Source of the DNA: Caecitellus pseudoparvulus
Lineage: Eukaryota; Protista; Bigyra: Bicosoecida
Length of the DNA: 64,000 nucleotides
Direction of reading: 5' to 3'
Assembly (NCBI GenBank): GCA_965644315.1
Contig: CBFFRQ010000066.1
Location: 434,001-498,000 of the forward strand
Shown here: positions 12,432 through 23,624 of the stretch, in pieces
Layout: each line of letters starts with the position of its first letter
How positions within the stretch are numbered: the first letter of the stretch is position 1
The notes under the pieces: generated by a model
Database searches by the model: none
Told to the model about the DNA's origin: nothing
The model's input: the letters and a program-made list of their open reading frames with translations, nothing else
Program-made: the position numbers and the translations under genes

Positions 12432-13788
12432 TCATGCAGCGTAGGGGGCAACGGGGCTGGCGAGGGGCGCAGCAGGTGGAGACGCGGCCCGGCGGTGAGC
12501 TGCAGCGGCCACTGCGACTGCCCCCATTTGCCGAGCCTTGTGCCTCGCATCAAGCAGGCTCTGGGCTCGGCGCAGCTCCGCATGAGCTTGGCGAGCTGTT
12601 AGCTTGCAGGTAGCTGCGTGGGGGGGGGAGTGCGTGAGGCGTGGGCGTTGCGCGCTGTTCGAGGCGGGGAGCTGCAACCGCACCTTTCGCTTTGTGTGTG
12701 TGCTCAGCCTCGCGACGCCTCTGCCGAGCAGCCGCCAAGCGCTCCTCCACTACCACCCCTGCCGCTGCTCGGTCTTGCAGGGACTTGTAGCGGATGTTTT
12801 CAGCAGCTTGCTGGGCCTCGTCCAGGGCGGAGGACACTGCGGGGCAAGGGCCGGACGAGTGAGGAGGGGTGCGTCAACCGGTGCGGCGCGGCGAGTCACA
12901 CTCACGACGGGCAGAATCCCGGCGCACGTGGGACGACCGGCGGCGTGACACCCGGGCCACCCGGCGACTGCCAAGTTCTGCGGCCTTGTCCGCAGCGGCT
13001 GCTCGGTGCGTCTCGGCAGCCGCCTTGGCTTCCTCGTCTCGGGCGAGCGAAGCGAGGAGCCGCTCCCGGCGAGCAGCTTCGTTGGCAGCAGCAGTGCTCG
13101 AGGCCTTCACGACTGCCCTGGTGCCCATTCTGCGGCCCTTTTGACGAATGCACTGCAGCCGCTGGGCCACACGCTGCACTGCAAGGGTCAGCCGTCTCTT
13201 CAGCGCAGACGCCTTGGCCGCCTGGCGAGCTTGCAGCTTGAGTTGAGCACGCTGCACCGCAAGGGACCCTTGCACCCTTGCCCGACTCGCAACAGCACGC
13301 AGGAACTGTCGTCGGCGCTCCAGGGCCTGCTCCTCGCGACTCGTGAGCTCTGCAAACACGCGGGCCGGATGTGGCAACTTGTGCTGGGAGCGGCAACGCG
13401 GGTCAAGCGCTGACGCCACCCACACACCTTGTGCACGTTCATCGCGTGATTGGTCTCCTGAACCAACCACCTTGGCATTGAACTCTGCAGCTTTGGCTCG
13501 CTGAAGGGCCTGTGGGGTGGCAGAGGGGGACTTGCAAGGTCAGAGCAGTGCAGAGCGTTTCTCACCGAATGGATGGACGCACCAACGTCTCCGCGCGCCG
13601 CGCCGCTGCTTGCACCATACGGTCATGCAGGCGCTGAGCAAGTTCTGTCGCATCCTGTTGGGAGTAGTGCTGGCGTGATTCTGCCTCCAGGCGGGCCTGA
13701 GCAGGGCAAGTGGGTGCGCTGTGTTGCAGAAACGCTCCGACGGGCAGATTGACAAGCGCACCTGGACTGGGGAGCTCGCGGCAGCCAT
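12432..13788 (-). CDS. Multi-exon coiled-coil protein with repeated A..RR...L....KA units (stathmin-/TCP11-N-like)
   Basis: About six exons spliced by eye from MAAASSPVQ to ...SPVAPYAA*. Helical, basic, repetitive sequence. Confidence 0.55.
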
Positions 13789-13904
13789 GGTGGTGGACTG
13801 TGCACTGAGTTGTACGCGTTGATGAGTAAATACATGGGCTGGATTGCTGGTTTTGTGGAATTGGTTTTTTGACGCCCAGGCCAGTTTGTCCTCCGGCCCG
13901 GAAG

Positions 13905-14922
13905 TCACAGCCTGTGCAGTCCCAACGTGGCCCGAGCGATGTCAAGAGCCGGCAGCAATAGCATGGTTTGTGGTCTGCAAGGACAAGGAGGGTACATGCG
14001 GCCGTGTTCGTGAGCCGTGCGCTCAGGCACTACGCACCCCACGCGAGCCAGGGTGGCGCCCCAGTTCACGAACAGCCCAGCCACACCTTCAGCCCGCAAG
14101 ATGTGCCGGAGACACGCGGCAGCTTCGGTGAGACTGCCACCACCCATACCCACACCAAAGTGCCGCAGCGGTGACCCAGCGGATCTCGGCTGCCGCTGTC
14201 CATCGGAGGAGGAAGAGGAGGAGGATGACGTTTCGGCCATGCGCCGTGACACTTCGTGCACTGGAGCGACGGCTGCACTGGCCCCGGCAGCCGACACCAA
14301 TGCCGCTGGAAGTTGTGTTGGCAGCCCCAAAACACCTTCTCCCGGTCTTCTGGAGGCTGCACCGTACAGGCTCAGCTGCGAGGCAGTCAGGAGTCCACGC
14401 CGCAGCGCATGCAAGCCTGGCGCCGGGACCGCCCCGCCACCTGCCGCACCCTGCACGCGCCGCCGCAGGGCCAGCAGCCCCCTCTCCAGGGGCTCCATGA
14501 GCACATGCGCCGACACACCCGCCAACAGCCCCGCAGCAAACTGTGCGCGCACTCTGCGCCTGGGCGGCAGCGCTCGCTTGGGGCTGATGGCAAAGTACAG
14601 CGCGGGGTAGAGGCCGAGGCGCAAGGCGCCCCGCATGGCAGCCTTCCCGGCGGCCTCCAGGAGGGGTGTCTGCAGGGCCAGGGGGGGTAAGGCGCCAGAG
14701 CGCACTGCTGCAACGGTCGCGGTGATGGTGGCTCGGGGCTGGCTGGCAGCGCCTGCAGTGCGAGCTTGCACCATGGACGGCTGAGGGCGAAGCAGGGCGG
14801 GCCACTGCGCGGGGATCACTGCAGTGCATGGAATGACTACTCACCACTCGAATGAGGCATGCCACTGCCGCGCTGCTCACGCCCCCGGCGAGCAGCTCCT
14901 TCCCGAGCACTGCCTTGTCCAT
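13905..14922 (-). CDS. Divergent mitochondrial-carrier paralog with degenerate signature motifs, 3 exons
   Basis: Collinear with the 11206-12229 carrier: ELLAGGVS, LRLGLYP, AAGLLAG, LLTASQLSLY, RAEGVAGLFVNWGATLARVGPQ...LPALDIARATLG. Confidence 0.75.
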
Positions 14923-15116
14923 GCTTCCCGGTGTGTGCGGGTGTCGAGGCAGGCAGCGGAAGGGGTGCCGCGGCACTGTGTGGGACCTTGCAAAAACGAA
15001 ACCTCAGGAACAGTGTATACCAGGGACAAGTCGAGGAGGTGGGCGCGTTTTGTGTTGCGTGGGAGTTTGCATTGAACGGCCGCCGTTTCATTGGCGTTAC
15101 TTTCCTCTCGGCCAGC

Positions 15117-15417
15117 ATGGAGCGCACAGTCGAGGAGGAAATCCTGGACACCATGGCGAAAATCGTGTCCAACTTCGAAAGAGTGCGATGTTAAGCCTTG
15201 TGTTTAGCCCTCGCACGACTCCGTGCACTGCCTTCGTCTCGTCCAAGCGCAGGGGAACTCTGCTGTGTTGGCGCTCAACGCCAAGGTGGCCAAGTTGTGC
15301 GAGGCGCACCAAGGAATCGAGATGCAGCTGGGCAGCATCCACACGCCGTACAAAGCTGCCGTGTTTGAGACCCTCACGGCACGCGGCGTGCAAGGGGCCG
15401 CTTCTGGGGCGCAGTAG
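15117..15417 (+). CDS. DAD4: DASH/Dam1 complex subunit Dad4-like (76 aa, intron 15183-15252)
   Basis: Spliced product MERTVEEEILDTMAKIVSNFER|GNSAVLALNAKVAKLCEAHQGIEMQLGSIHTPYKAAVFETLTARG... matches the Dad4 pattern ME...E......I..N..R.N..V..LN.........E...I...Y...V...L.A. Confidence 0.7.
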
Positions 15418-15430
15418 GCTGCATTGAGGC

Positions 15431-16577
15431 TCACTTGGCAGCCCCTCCGCTGCCGCCTGCTGCCGCTGGCCCGCTGCCGGACACCTTCGCCGTGACGAAC
15501 TCGTCCAGCAGGACGGGCCAGCAGCCATCGTCCTCGTAGGAGGCCAGGGACGCCGTGTTGGGCACCGTCTTCATGAAGGGGATGAGTGTCTTCCACGTGT
15601 CCTTGGACAGGAACTCCTCACCGCTGGCGCCCAGGAAGTCCACGAAGTCGCCCAGCAGCTGCCACCGGGAACCCAGCAGCACAGGCAGCATGGACACTGC
15701 GTGCTCTGTGCGCAGTGCGCGCTTGCCAGGCTGGCGTGGCGGCGGGGCAGGGGGGGGGTGACGCAGGGTGTGCAGAGGTGGTGCGCACGAACGGCGGGCC
15801 TCACCTCCAAGTTCCCGTCGTACGCGTACAAATACACTCGCTTGAAGAAGTCAGGGTCGCTGGCGTACTTCGTCTCAGCCTTGGCCAGCGCACTCTTCAG
15901 CTCCGCCACAGTGTCCGCGCTGTGCTTGGGCAGGAGGGGTGTGCCGGGTGTGCAGCGCTCACGCCGGGCATGCCAGGCGCCGCCCACACGCACCCCAGCT
16001 CCGTCATGCCCTGCACGAAGTTCACGTGCTTGCTCTGCAGTTTGAGGAAGTTCATGAGGCAGAGGAGGATGGTGGTTTGCAGGTCCGTCATCTCCAACCC
16101 CAAGTCCCCTGCCAGGCTCAGGACGCCGCCGATGGAGATGTAGTCGCCATCTTCATCCTTGTACTGTGCAAAGAGGGCCTCCACCTTCGCGGGGTCCACG
16201 CGCCGGCTGTGTGCAGGGGAAGGCAGGTGTGAGCGCCAGCAGCGGTGTCGCGCACGCGGGAGGGTACGCACGTGGAGCCAGAGTCTGGCACCTTCCCCTC
16301 GGAAAACCAGTGCTCCACTGCAACATCGACTTTCCAGTTCGTCCGCTTCAGCTCAGCAACTGCTTGCTTCGTGCTGTGCAGCAGCGCGCGACGTTTCGCT
16401 GGAGTTGCGTGGCCTGCTCAACACGCCAGCACTCACGAGGCGCCTGTGACGCTTTGGAAGTTCTTCACTGCCTTGTCTTGGGCAGCACGGGAAATTCGAC
16501 CCTGCGCAATTCCCAACAGTGTGCACGTGCGTTCAGGGCTGCCTGCAACAGCCTTCCGTCCGTGCACGTACAGACAT
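15431..16577 (-). CDS. DCN1: DCN1-like neddylation E3 (UBA-like + PONY domain)
   Basis: 6-nt first exon (MS), then QDKAVKNFQSVTGAS...TNWKVDVAVEHWF (UBA-like), LFAQYKD...GVLSLAGDLG, FFKRVYLYAY, SKDTW and YEDDGCWPVLLDEFV. Confidence 0.85.
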
Positions 16578-16910
16578 GTCGATGGTGCGCCGCAGGTGCT
16601 GCTGGGAGGTGGGCAGGTACTCTGCGGGGGGACGCCTGGGCGCCTGGGCTGTGCGTGGAGCCTGCGGGGGGGACAGGCTGCGATGATGGAGTTAGGGTGG
16701 GGAAATTTGCCAGCTCGACTGCGCCCTCGGGCCGCAGGCTGACCGCCTGCTCGTACGGCTCCGCCAGCGACGCCCAGCAACGTTCTTTGCGCGCTCCCGC
16801 AAAACTCACGAGCCAGGTTTTCCCTACCAGCGAAGGAAGGTTCTTGCCAGCGTGGTCTCCGTCCTCTCACCCCCTCCGCGTGCTCGCAGCGTCTAGGCAC
16901 TCTGTCCACC

Positions 16911-17474
16911 ATGGTGCGTGTCCCCGCCCGGCAGCGTTTGAGGCACGCCACTGGCAGGTGCAGCAGCAGCCCTCCACCGCACTCGCGCAGGCCTCCGGCA
17001 AGCACACCATCATGCTGATGCAGACGGGGACGAACAACTCCTCCAGGACGTTCCGCGAGTACGACAGCCCGAACCAGGCGCTGACCAGTGCGTGGGGCGT
17101 GCGGCACTGCGGCGCCAAACACCGCACCACGCCGGCCGCCCTCGCCGCCCGTGCGCGCCTCAGGCATCATCAAGATGTACGAGGGGCGCCTCAAGGAGCT
17201 GAACCCAGGCGTGCCTAACATCTCCTATGACATCTCGGACCTCTTTGCGTACATTGACTCCCTGCAGGACCTGGCTGTGCTGGTGTGCGTGTGGCGCGCG
17301 GCTCTGCAGCGCCTCGCACTTCGCACCCACCTCCCCCCACGCCCCAGGTTCGACGCCAAGAGCCTGAAGTACGACCCCTTCCCCAAGGACTGGATCAAGC
17401 AGCAGGTGTACGCCTCTTTGAAGGCGCAGGCGACGTCTGCTGCCGCTGGCGCAGCTGGTGGCCGCCGTCGTTGA
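16911..17474 (+). CDS. ERH: Enhancer of rudimentary homolog
   Basis: ATG-only first coding exon (intron 16914-16990). HTIMLMQ...SRTFREYDS, IIKMYEGRLKELNP...ISYDISDLFAYIDSLQDL, KYDPFPKDWIKQQVY. Confidence 0.95.
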
Positions 17475-17483
17475 AATGCATTG
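17475..17483. terminator. AATGCATTG, candidate shared 3'-end signal of convergent ERH/PDCD2
   Basis: Immediately after the ERH TGA. It reads AATGCA on + and CAATGCA on -. Confidence 0.45.
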
Positions 17484-17526
17484 CCTCCGCGTTGCACGCG
17501 AGCGGGGCGACACACACGCGTGCCGC

Positions 17527-19123
17527 CTACCCCTCCCTGTCCACGTGGGTGTCGGCAGGCTGCACCCAGGCGGCCTCAAACCTGCCAGCCGGGCACGAGG
17601 CGGTGCAGGTGGCCACCGCGATGGTGGCGAAGTCCAGGCTGTCGGCGCCAGGGGCCAGGCAGGCTGCGTCGTCGTCACGGCTGATGGCATTGAGGAGCTG
17701 CGGCATGACTTGGAATTCAAAGGCACGGGGGGCGGAGCAGGCGGCGCAGGGGGGGGGCCACGCCGCCGTGGCGCCTGGCTGCTTGGCCTCGCCCACCCAC
17801 AGCACGGCGTCTGCGTTCCACCGTGCAAAGCGCACGACTTGGGCAGGTTCGTGGGACACCCGGCTCTTGAAGCGGCGCATGGTGGCGTCGGCAGACAGGA
17901 CAGCCCCTGTGGCTGCCATCAATTCCGCCTGCGTCGTGTGGGTAATGTCAAATTCCTCTTCTGGCGAAGACCCGGGGGCAGACTCAGTCACACCCCCCCC
18001 TGCAGCTGTGACCTTGGCCACCAGTGCAGCATCTCGCGCTGCCTCAGTCGCCCGCCGCTGCTCCAGCGTCGCCTCAGGCTCTGTCCACAGGTCGTGCTCA
18101 GGGTGCACTGCACCACACGCAACGGCAGCCTTCAACGGCACGAACGCGGCAGAGCTCAGAGCCTCCGCCTGGCACTGCCAACCCGACAAAATGCTGTCCA
18201 CTGCCTTGCGTGTGGTGTGATCGCTGGCAGCCTGGCCGGCCTGCAGGCGCACCGTGGCGCCCAGGCGTCCCAGCAACCACTTTGCCAACGCAGCAGCGCA
18301 AGGCGTTGAGCAGGCCGCCACAGGGCAGCGGGCATCTGCCAGCCACGCCAGCACCGCATCCCTGGCATACTTGGCATCCTCTTCACAGCATTCCTTGGGG
18401 AGGGTGGCGGTGGCCGCTGGCAGCAGCACGTGTGTGGCGTCCGATGCAGCGGGTGTGCAGGGTGTGCTGGCGCAGAAACCGCACACGCCGCACCAGCGGG
18501 GAGGCACAGTCGGCGGCGTGTATGCCGAGTGAGGCAGTGGACCACTCGTGGGCTGGGGATTTGCTTGGAAGTGGGCATTGACTCTTGGCAGCTGCTGCCT
18601 CAACACCGTCACGCCGCCTGCCGCAACGCAGCGAGCTGAGGCGCACGTGAACACGTACAGCATGCGGTGAAACGCGCAGCTGTGCTGCACAGTGCCCCCC
18701 TCATCTGCTGGCGCATACAGCTGCAGCAAGAAGCGCAGGCGGTGTCCACACGTTGCGCAGCTGCACTCCTTGGCGCTCGGCACTGCTGCCGGGTCAAGCC
18801 ACACCTGTGCCGGGCGTGAGCTGTGAGGTGTGGAGGTGCAGGGGGCAGGGTGCAGGCGCAGCACGCACAGGACGCCCTCCAACTTTGCCCCCGTCCCACT
18901 CGTGCCAGTCGCCGTTCAGCAGCGGCACCGAGGCGCCGGAGTGCTCTTCCCATGGCAGGCAGAAAGGCGGTGCCTCGCTGGCGTCCAGCGCTGCGACCTT
19001 CTTTGGGGGTGTGGCAGCTTCCAAGAGGCCAAGATCCACCTCGAAGTCATCATCGACCCACTCAGTGCCACCCTCGCCGGCATCGGTAGGCGCAGCCGCC
19101 TCGGATGGCGCGGCAGCGGCCAT
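17527..19123 (-). CDS. PDCD2: PDCD2/Tsr4 family protein (uS5 chaperone) with degenerate MYND finger
   Basis: KVGGRP|VWL...CATCGHRLRFLLQLYAP...FHRMLYVFTC; C-terminal PPCAACSAPRAFEFQVMPQLL...LDFATIAVATCTASC. Confidence 0.9.
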
Positions 19124-19647
19124 GTTGGTTTGCGGAAATTGCAGCGCTCCCAAGCTGCGAGAGCACCGCCCACGCTCGGCGCATAGAATGGCGATGCAGG
19201 CAGCCAGCATGCACGGGAGTGCGACGAAAGGTGATGTTCCGATGTTTTGGCAGCGCTCTGGTTCGGAACGCAACGTGGTCGGCACGCCCTGCCTGCTTTC
19301 CGGTCGAGGGGGGTGCAGCGAAGGAAACCAGGGCCAGCTGCTCAGGTGCGACGGCGCCGCCGCCCCCCCCCCTGCGCCGAGCGTGCTATTGACACAGCCA
19401 CGCGGCGCAGCATATCCACATTCACGCCACCACGCACCGCGGGCGCCCACTTCATACACCCCACACCGCCACACCACCACACTGGGCAGGGCACTCGGCC
19501 ACCTGCACTCACCAAGTGGTGAGCAAGTGCCACACCGCTGGGAGAACTTGCCGCAGGAGCCAGGTACGGCAGGCAGGCGCTGTGCTGGGCCCCCCGCTCG
19601 CTGCGTGTGTCACCGCCACCTGGCGTACTCCCCTGCAGACGCTTCGC

Positions 19648-22600
19648 ATGGCAGCGGCGCAAGCCTTGGAGGCAGCCTCCGCCTTTGGGTGCGTTGGGCG
19701 CCAGCGGCAGTGTGCTGGTGCGCAGGCGCACACGTGCCACCACACCGCGTGCCACACAGAGATGGGGACTACGAGGCTGCCCAGAGCAAGCTGGGGGCGC
19801 TGCGCGGGGACAAGGTACGGACGGCGCTGCGACGTGTGCGGGATTTCAGTTCATGCCACCACCAGCTGGCGCAGCAAGGCATCTGCACACCGCCACGCGC
19901 CCACCCCGCCACGCAGGCGTTCACCTCTGACCACAAACTAGCCATCAACTCTGCCCTGGTCAGGTTTGCCACGGGCGGCTGTGCTGACACGTCGGCGTTG
20001 CTGACGGAGCTGGCTGCTGTGAACCGGCACTTGAAAGCTGCCACTGGTGTGCGTGTGCCGCCCGCTGGCCGCCGGGTGCCCGCCAGCGCCAGGCACCCGC
20101 CGCACACACACCTTCCCTCCCTGTGCAGGCTGATGGCGCGGCGCCAGAAGACACCTCCATGCACCTGCTGCTGTACAACCAGGCAGTGGCGCTGGCGCAG
20201 CAGGAGCAGCACGCCAGTGCCGCCAGTGTGCTGGAGAGTCTCTTCCGCCGCATCGAGCCGTGCGACGAGTGGGTGGCCATGCGGGCAGCCTTCTTGCTGC
20301 TGGACGTGTACGCCCGCACATTCCTGGGCACCCAGGCAGAGGACAACAACCTGGGCCTGGTCACGCAGAAGGCCCGCGCCGTGCTGCAGTACCTGGAGCA
20401 GGCACACGTGTTCACAGACGCGACGGCGACAGCAGCATGCATCGCCGCAGCCATGCCTGCCTCCACACAAGGCGCCGAGGCGGGGCCGCTCAGCTCCTAC
20501 GCCGTCGCGGCAGGTCGCATGGTGGTCGCACACTTCACGGCCACGCTGGCGGTACACCGGGCCCGCCTCGCCCTCTGCACCGACGACGTGGCCGGCTGCA
20601 TGCAGCACCTGAAGGTGGTCTTCGACACGTGTGCCGGCGCGGGTGGGGCGGCGGCGAGCGGGGACACGGGGAGTGCCTTCTCCACCACTCTGCCCCCTGC
20701 CGACGGCACCGATGTGGGGGGTGTGGGGGCCGCCCCCCGCGACCCCACGCAGCCAGGGTGGGTGCAACTGCACTGCACACGGCAACTGGCGCTGAGTCTG
20801 CGGGCAGAGGTGGCGGCGCGGCGCCGGCACTTCACCCGGGCTGTGAAGTTGCTGGGCACTTGCCTGGCCGAGTCCGAGAGCGTGGCGCGCAAGCTGGGCC
20901 CATTGAACGTCGCCGGCGACCGGGGGCTGCAGGTGTGCCAGTACCTAAACAATTTGGGGGCGCTGCAGGGGCGGCAGGGCAATGTGGCGGCGGCGGTGTT
21001 GCTGTTCACCAAGGCCGTCGACGCGTGCCTGGCGCACAACGCAGCACACGGGTTGACTCCCGTCGCCAGCGCAGCCCTGCGCAGCACAGAGGGCGGCGAG
21101 GCAGGTGCGGGGGCTGCGCACGCCGCCGCGCCTGGGGTGGCGCCGCCGAACCCCCCCTCCTCCGCCAAGGCACCCCCCCCCCACACCAACCTGGCCGTGG
21201 GGGGGGGTGTCACCCCCCCTCGCCTGGCCCCCGTCGCAGACGTCCTGGCCAACTTGGGTGTCGCCCTGCTCCTGGCCAGGCAACCAGCCCGTGCCCTGCT
21301 TGCTCTGCAAGGCGCCACATCCGCCCGCCGGCACCAGCCCCGCCTGTGGCTGCGCATGGCTGAGGCGTGCTTGCTGGCACACTCCCTGCGCCTGACCTCG
21401 GGGCCGGGCCACACCCACGCCATGCCTGTCGTGCCCACAGACGGCGGCGGCGCAGAGGTCACCTGCTCTGGGGAGAGCGTGCCGCCGCCCGGCACACCTG
21501 CCGCCTCCGCCTTCCACAGTGCCGGTGCGGGCGGCGGCCGGGCGGAGAATGTCGGGGACGGCGGGGCGGAGCTGTGCTGGGCGGGTGTGGGCCTGGTGAC
21601 GTCCAAGGCGGGAGCGGGGCCGCAGCAGCGCCTGCACTTGGCCAGCGGGCGGCCCGACTCAGCCCCCCCCGCGCCAGGCCTGCCAGGGGTGGGGGACCCC
21701 GCCCCCTCATCCGGCCTCAGCCTGGACACCTCCACGCGCCCCGCCCTCACCCTGGACTTCGCCGTCACCTGCCTGCTCAACTGCGTCGCCCTGCTCCCAC
21801 ACCCCATGCAGCTGGCGTCCAGCATGAGCAGCTCTGTGTCCCGTGCTCTCAAGGCGTTGGGGGAGGGGGCCGGTGCCGCCGGCGCCGCGGCGGCGGAGGA
21901 GGGGGGTGAAGGGGGGGGCTCCACCCCCCCCTCCCCTGCCGCCCGCGCCACCGCCCAAGCCCTCACCATAACCACTCTGCGGTGGGGCCAGTGCCGCATG
22001 CGCCAGGCTGCCCTGTGCAAGCTGGCCTATGCGGCGCTGTCTCGCGGCGACCCCCACCTGGCCGTCGCCGCCTGCCAGCACGTCTGGTCCGCCGCCCACG
22101 TGATGCAGCCAGTGCTGACGGCAGCCCGCTCCGCCCTGCAGCAGGCAACGCAGCAGCCCGCGGCGGAGGGGGGCGGCGTGTCCCCCCTCGTGGACCCCTG
22201 GCGCTTCCTCGCCTACTCCTACATGTGCGAGGCGCTGTGCCTCATGGGGCACGCGGCAGAGGGGCGGCAGTACCTGGGCCGTGTCGCGGCGCCGACGGAG
22301 GGGGGGCAGCAGGGGGGCGGCATCCAGCTGCCCACGGGCCCGCCGGGGACCAGCGACCCCGCGCCGCTGTTCGACCCGGCCGACCGCGTGCCGACGTCGC
22401 TGCCGCAGGAGGTGCCGCGTAATACGGCCGTCAGCTCCATGTTCACCAACGTCGCCATCGCGCACCTCCTGACGGGGGACGGCGACGCCGCCGCCAGTGC
22501 CGCAGGGCAGGCGCTCATGCATTCCCCCACCTCCCTCTTCGCGCGGGGCCTGTCGGCGTACCTGTCCCTGCGACGAGGGGCGCACGGCGAGGCGGCAGCC

Positions 22601-22681
22601 CTCGTGAACCGGGGCCTGGTGCACTCCCGCCCACCACAGGCCCAGCAGCCCGTGCCACCAGCCCCGGCGCCTGCCGCCTGA
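19648..22681 (+). CDS. CNOT10: CCR4-NOT complex subunit 10 (TPR)
   Basis: Four coding exons. LLYNQAV, LESLFRRIEP, YLNNLGAL, NLGVALLLARQP...PRLWLRMAEACL, KLAYAALSRGDP, YMCEALCLMG. An upstream exon is possible. Confidence 0.85.
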
Positions 22682-22687
22682 GGCCCA

Positions 22688-22699
22688 GCAATGCATTGC
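22688..22699. terminator. Palindromic GCAATGCATTGC, candidate bidirectional 3'-end/poly(A) signal
   Basis: Perfect 12-bp palindrome between the convergent CNOT10 and ankyrin stop codons. It presents CAATGCA on both strands. Confidence 0.5.
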
Positions 22700-22738
22700 C
22701 AGCCGGAGGCCGCCCCGCAGGGGGGGGGGGCATGTCCA

Positions 22739-22773
22739 GTGGTGCAGGGGGGTCACGCCACCCCCTGCACCAC
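22739..22773. repeat. 13-bp perfect inverted repeat enclosing the ankyrin gene stop codon
   Basis: GTGGTGCAGGGGG (22739-22751) / CCCCCTGCACCAC (22761-22773), with a 9-nt loop containing the stop (22753-22755). Confidence 0.8.
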
Positions 22774-23569
22774 CTCGCCATCGTCCCCGTCATCCGTCAC
22801 CACGCTGCCGTCTGCGCCGCCTGGGCTGCTAGCCACCGCGGGAGGGGGGGTGTCCAGAGGAGGCAGAAAAATGCTGCCCTCAGGTTGGGCCTCCTGGCTG
22901 CTCGGGTGCGGCGCCTGGGCCGTTCCTGCCGCACTGCCCGCCGCGCTGCGTGTGCTGCGTTTCTCCACGCTGCGCCGCAGCAACGTGGCCAAGTCAGGGT
23001 CCGCGCCCTTGTACGCCAGAGCCAGCGCCGACCAGCCCTCGGAGTCCTCTGCCAGGGCGTTTGCGCCGCCTTCCCCCAGCAGGACGGCTGCAGCATGCAC
23101 GTGCTGGGCCTGCACGGCCGCGTGCAGGGCAGTGCGCCCCAGGATGGGTGGCGCCCCGCCTCCCACCTCCACCGTGCTCCCCATTTCCACCGCCGCACCA
23201 TGCTCCAGGAGCGTCGACAACACAGCTGCTTGGCCCTCTCTCGCCGCGACGAACAGCGCCGTCTCGCCTCTGAGGTGCAGGAGGGGGAGGGCGCAACGTG
23301 GCTGGGCGTTTCACGTCGAAACGGAGGCGACTGCCCTACGCACTCGGACGTCTTGGCGTTCACCGAGGCGCCTTCCTGCAGCGCTGCCGTGACGGCCTTC
23401 AGATCTCCATCTCGGCAGGCTTGCAGCAGTCTGCACAGGCGACGCATGCGTGTGAGGGGCGACGCTGGAACTCGGCACGCATGCAGCCCACACACCTGCC
23501 CTCTGGCGTGGCCAGGCGGGGGTCAGGGGCAAAGATGCCCCCGAGGAAGGACTTGATCAAGAACGACAT
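22753..23569 (-). CDS. Ankyrin-repeat protein, 3 exons
   Basis: LLQACRDGDLKAVTAALQEGASVNA, GETALFVAAREG, GRTALHAAVQAQH, GWSALALA. Confidence 0.85.
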
Positions 23570-23624
23570 CGCTCTCACAGGGCTCCTGAGCACCACACCT
23601 TGCGCACCGCCTGCATTTTGGCAA

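Noticed and set aside
13905-14922. Degenerate carrier as a pseudogene
   Set aside because: No frameshift or premature stop, and canonical splice sites restore collinearity. Kept as a CDS.
18753-20612. 619-aa + strand ORF
   Set aside because: Chance read-through across the PDCD2 antisense region, the promoter, and CNOT10 exons and introns.
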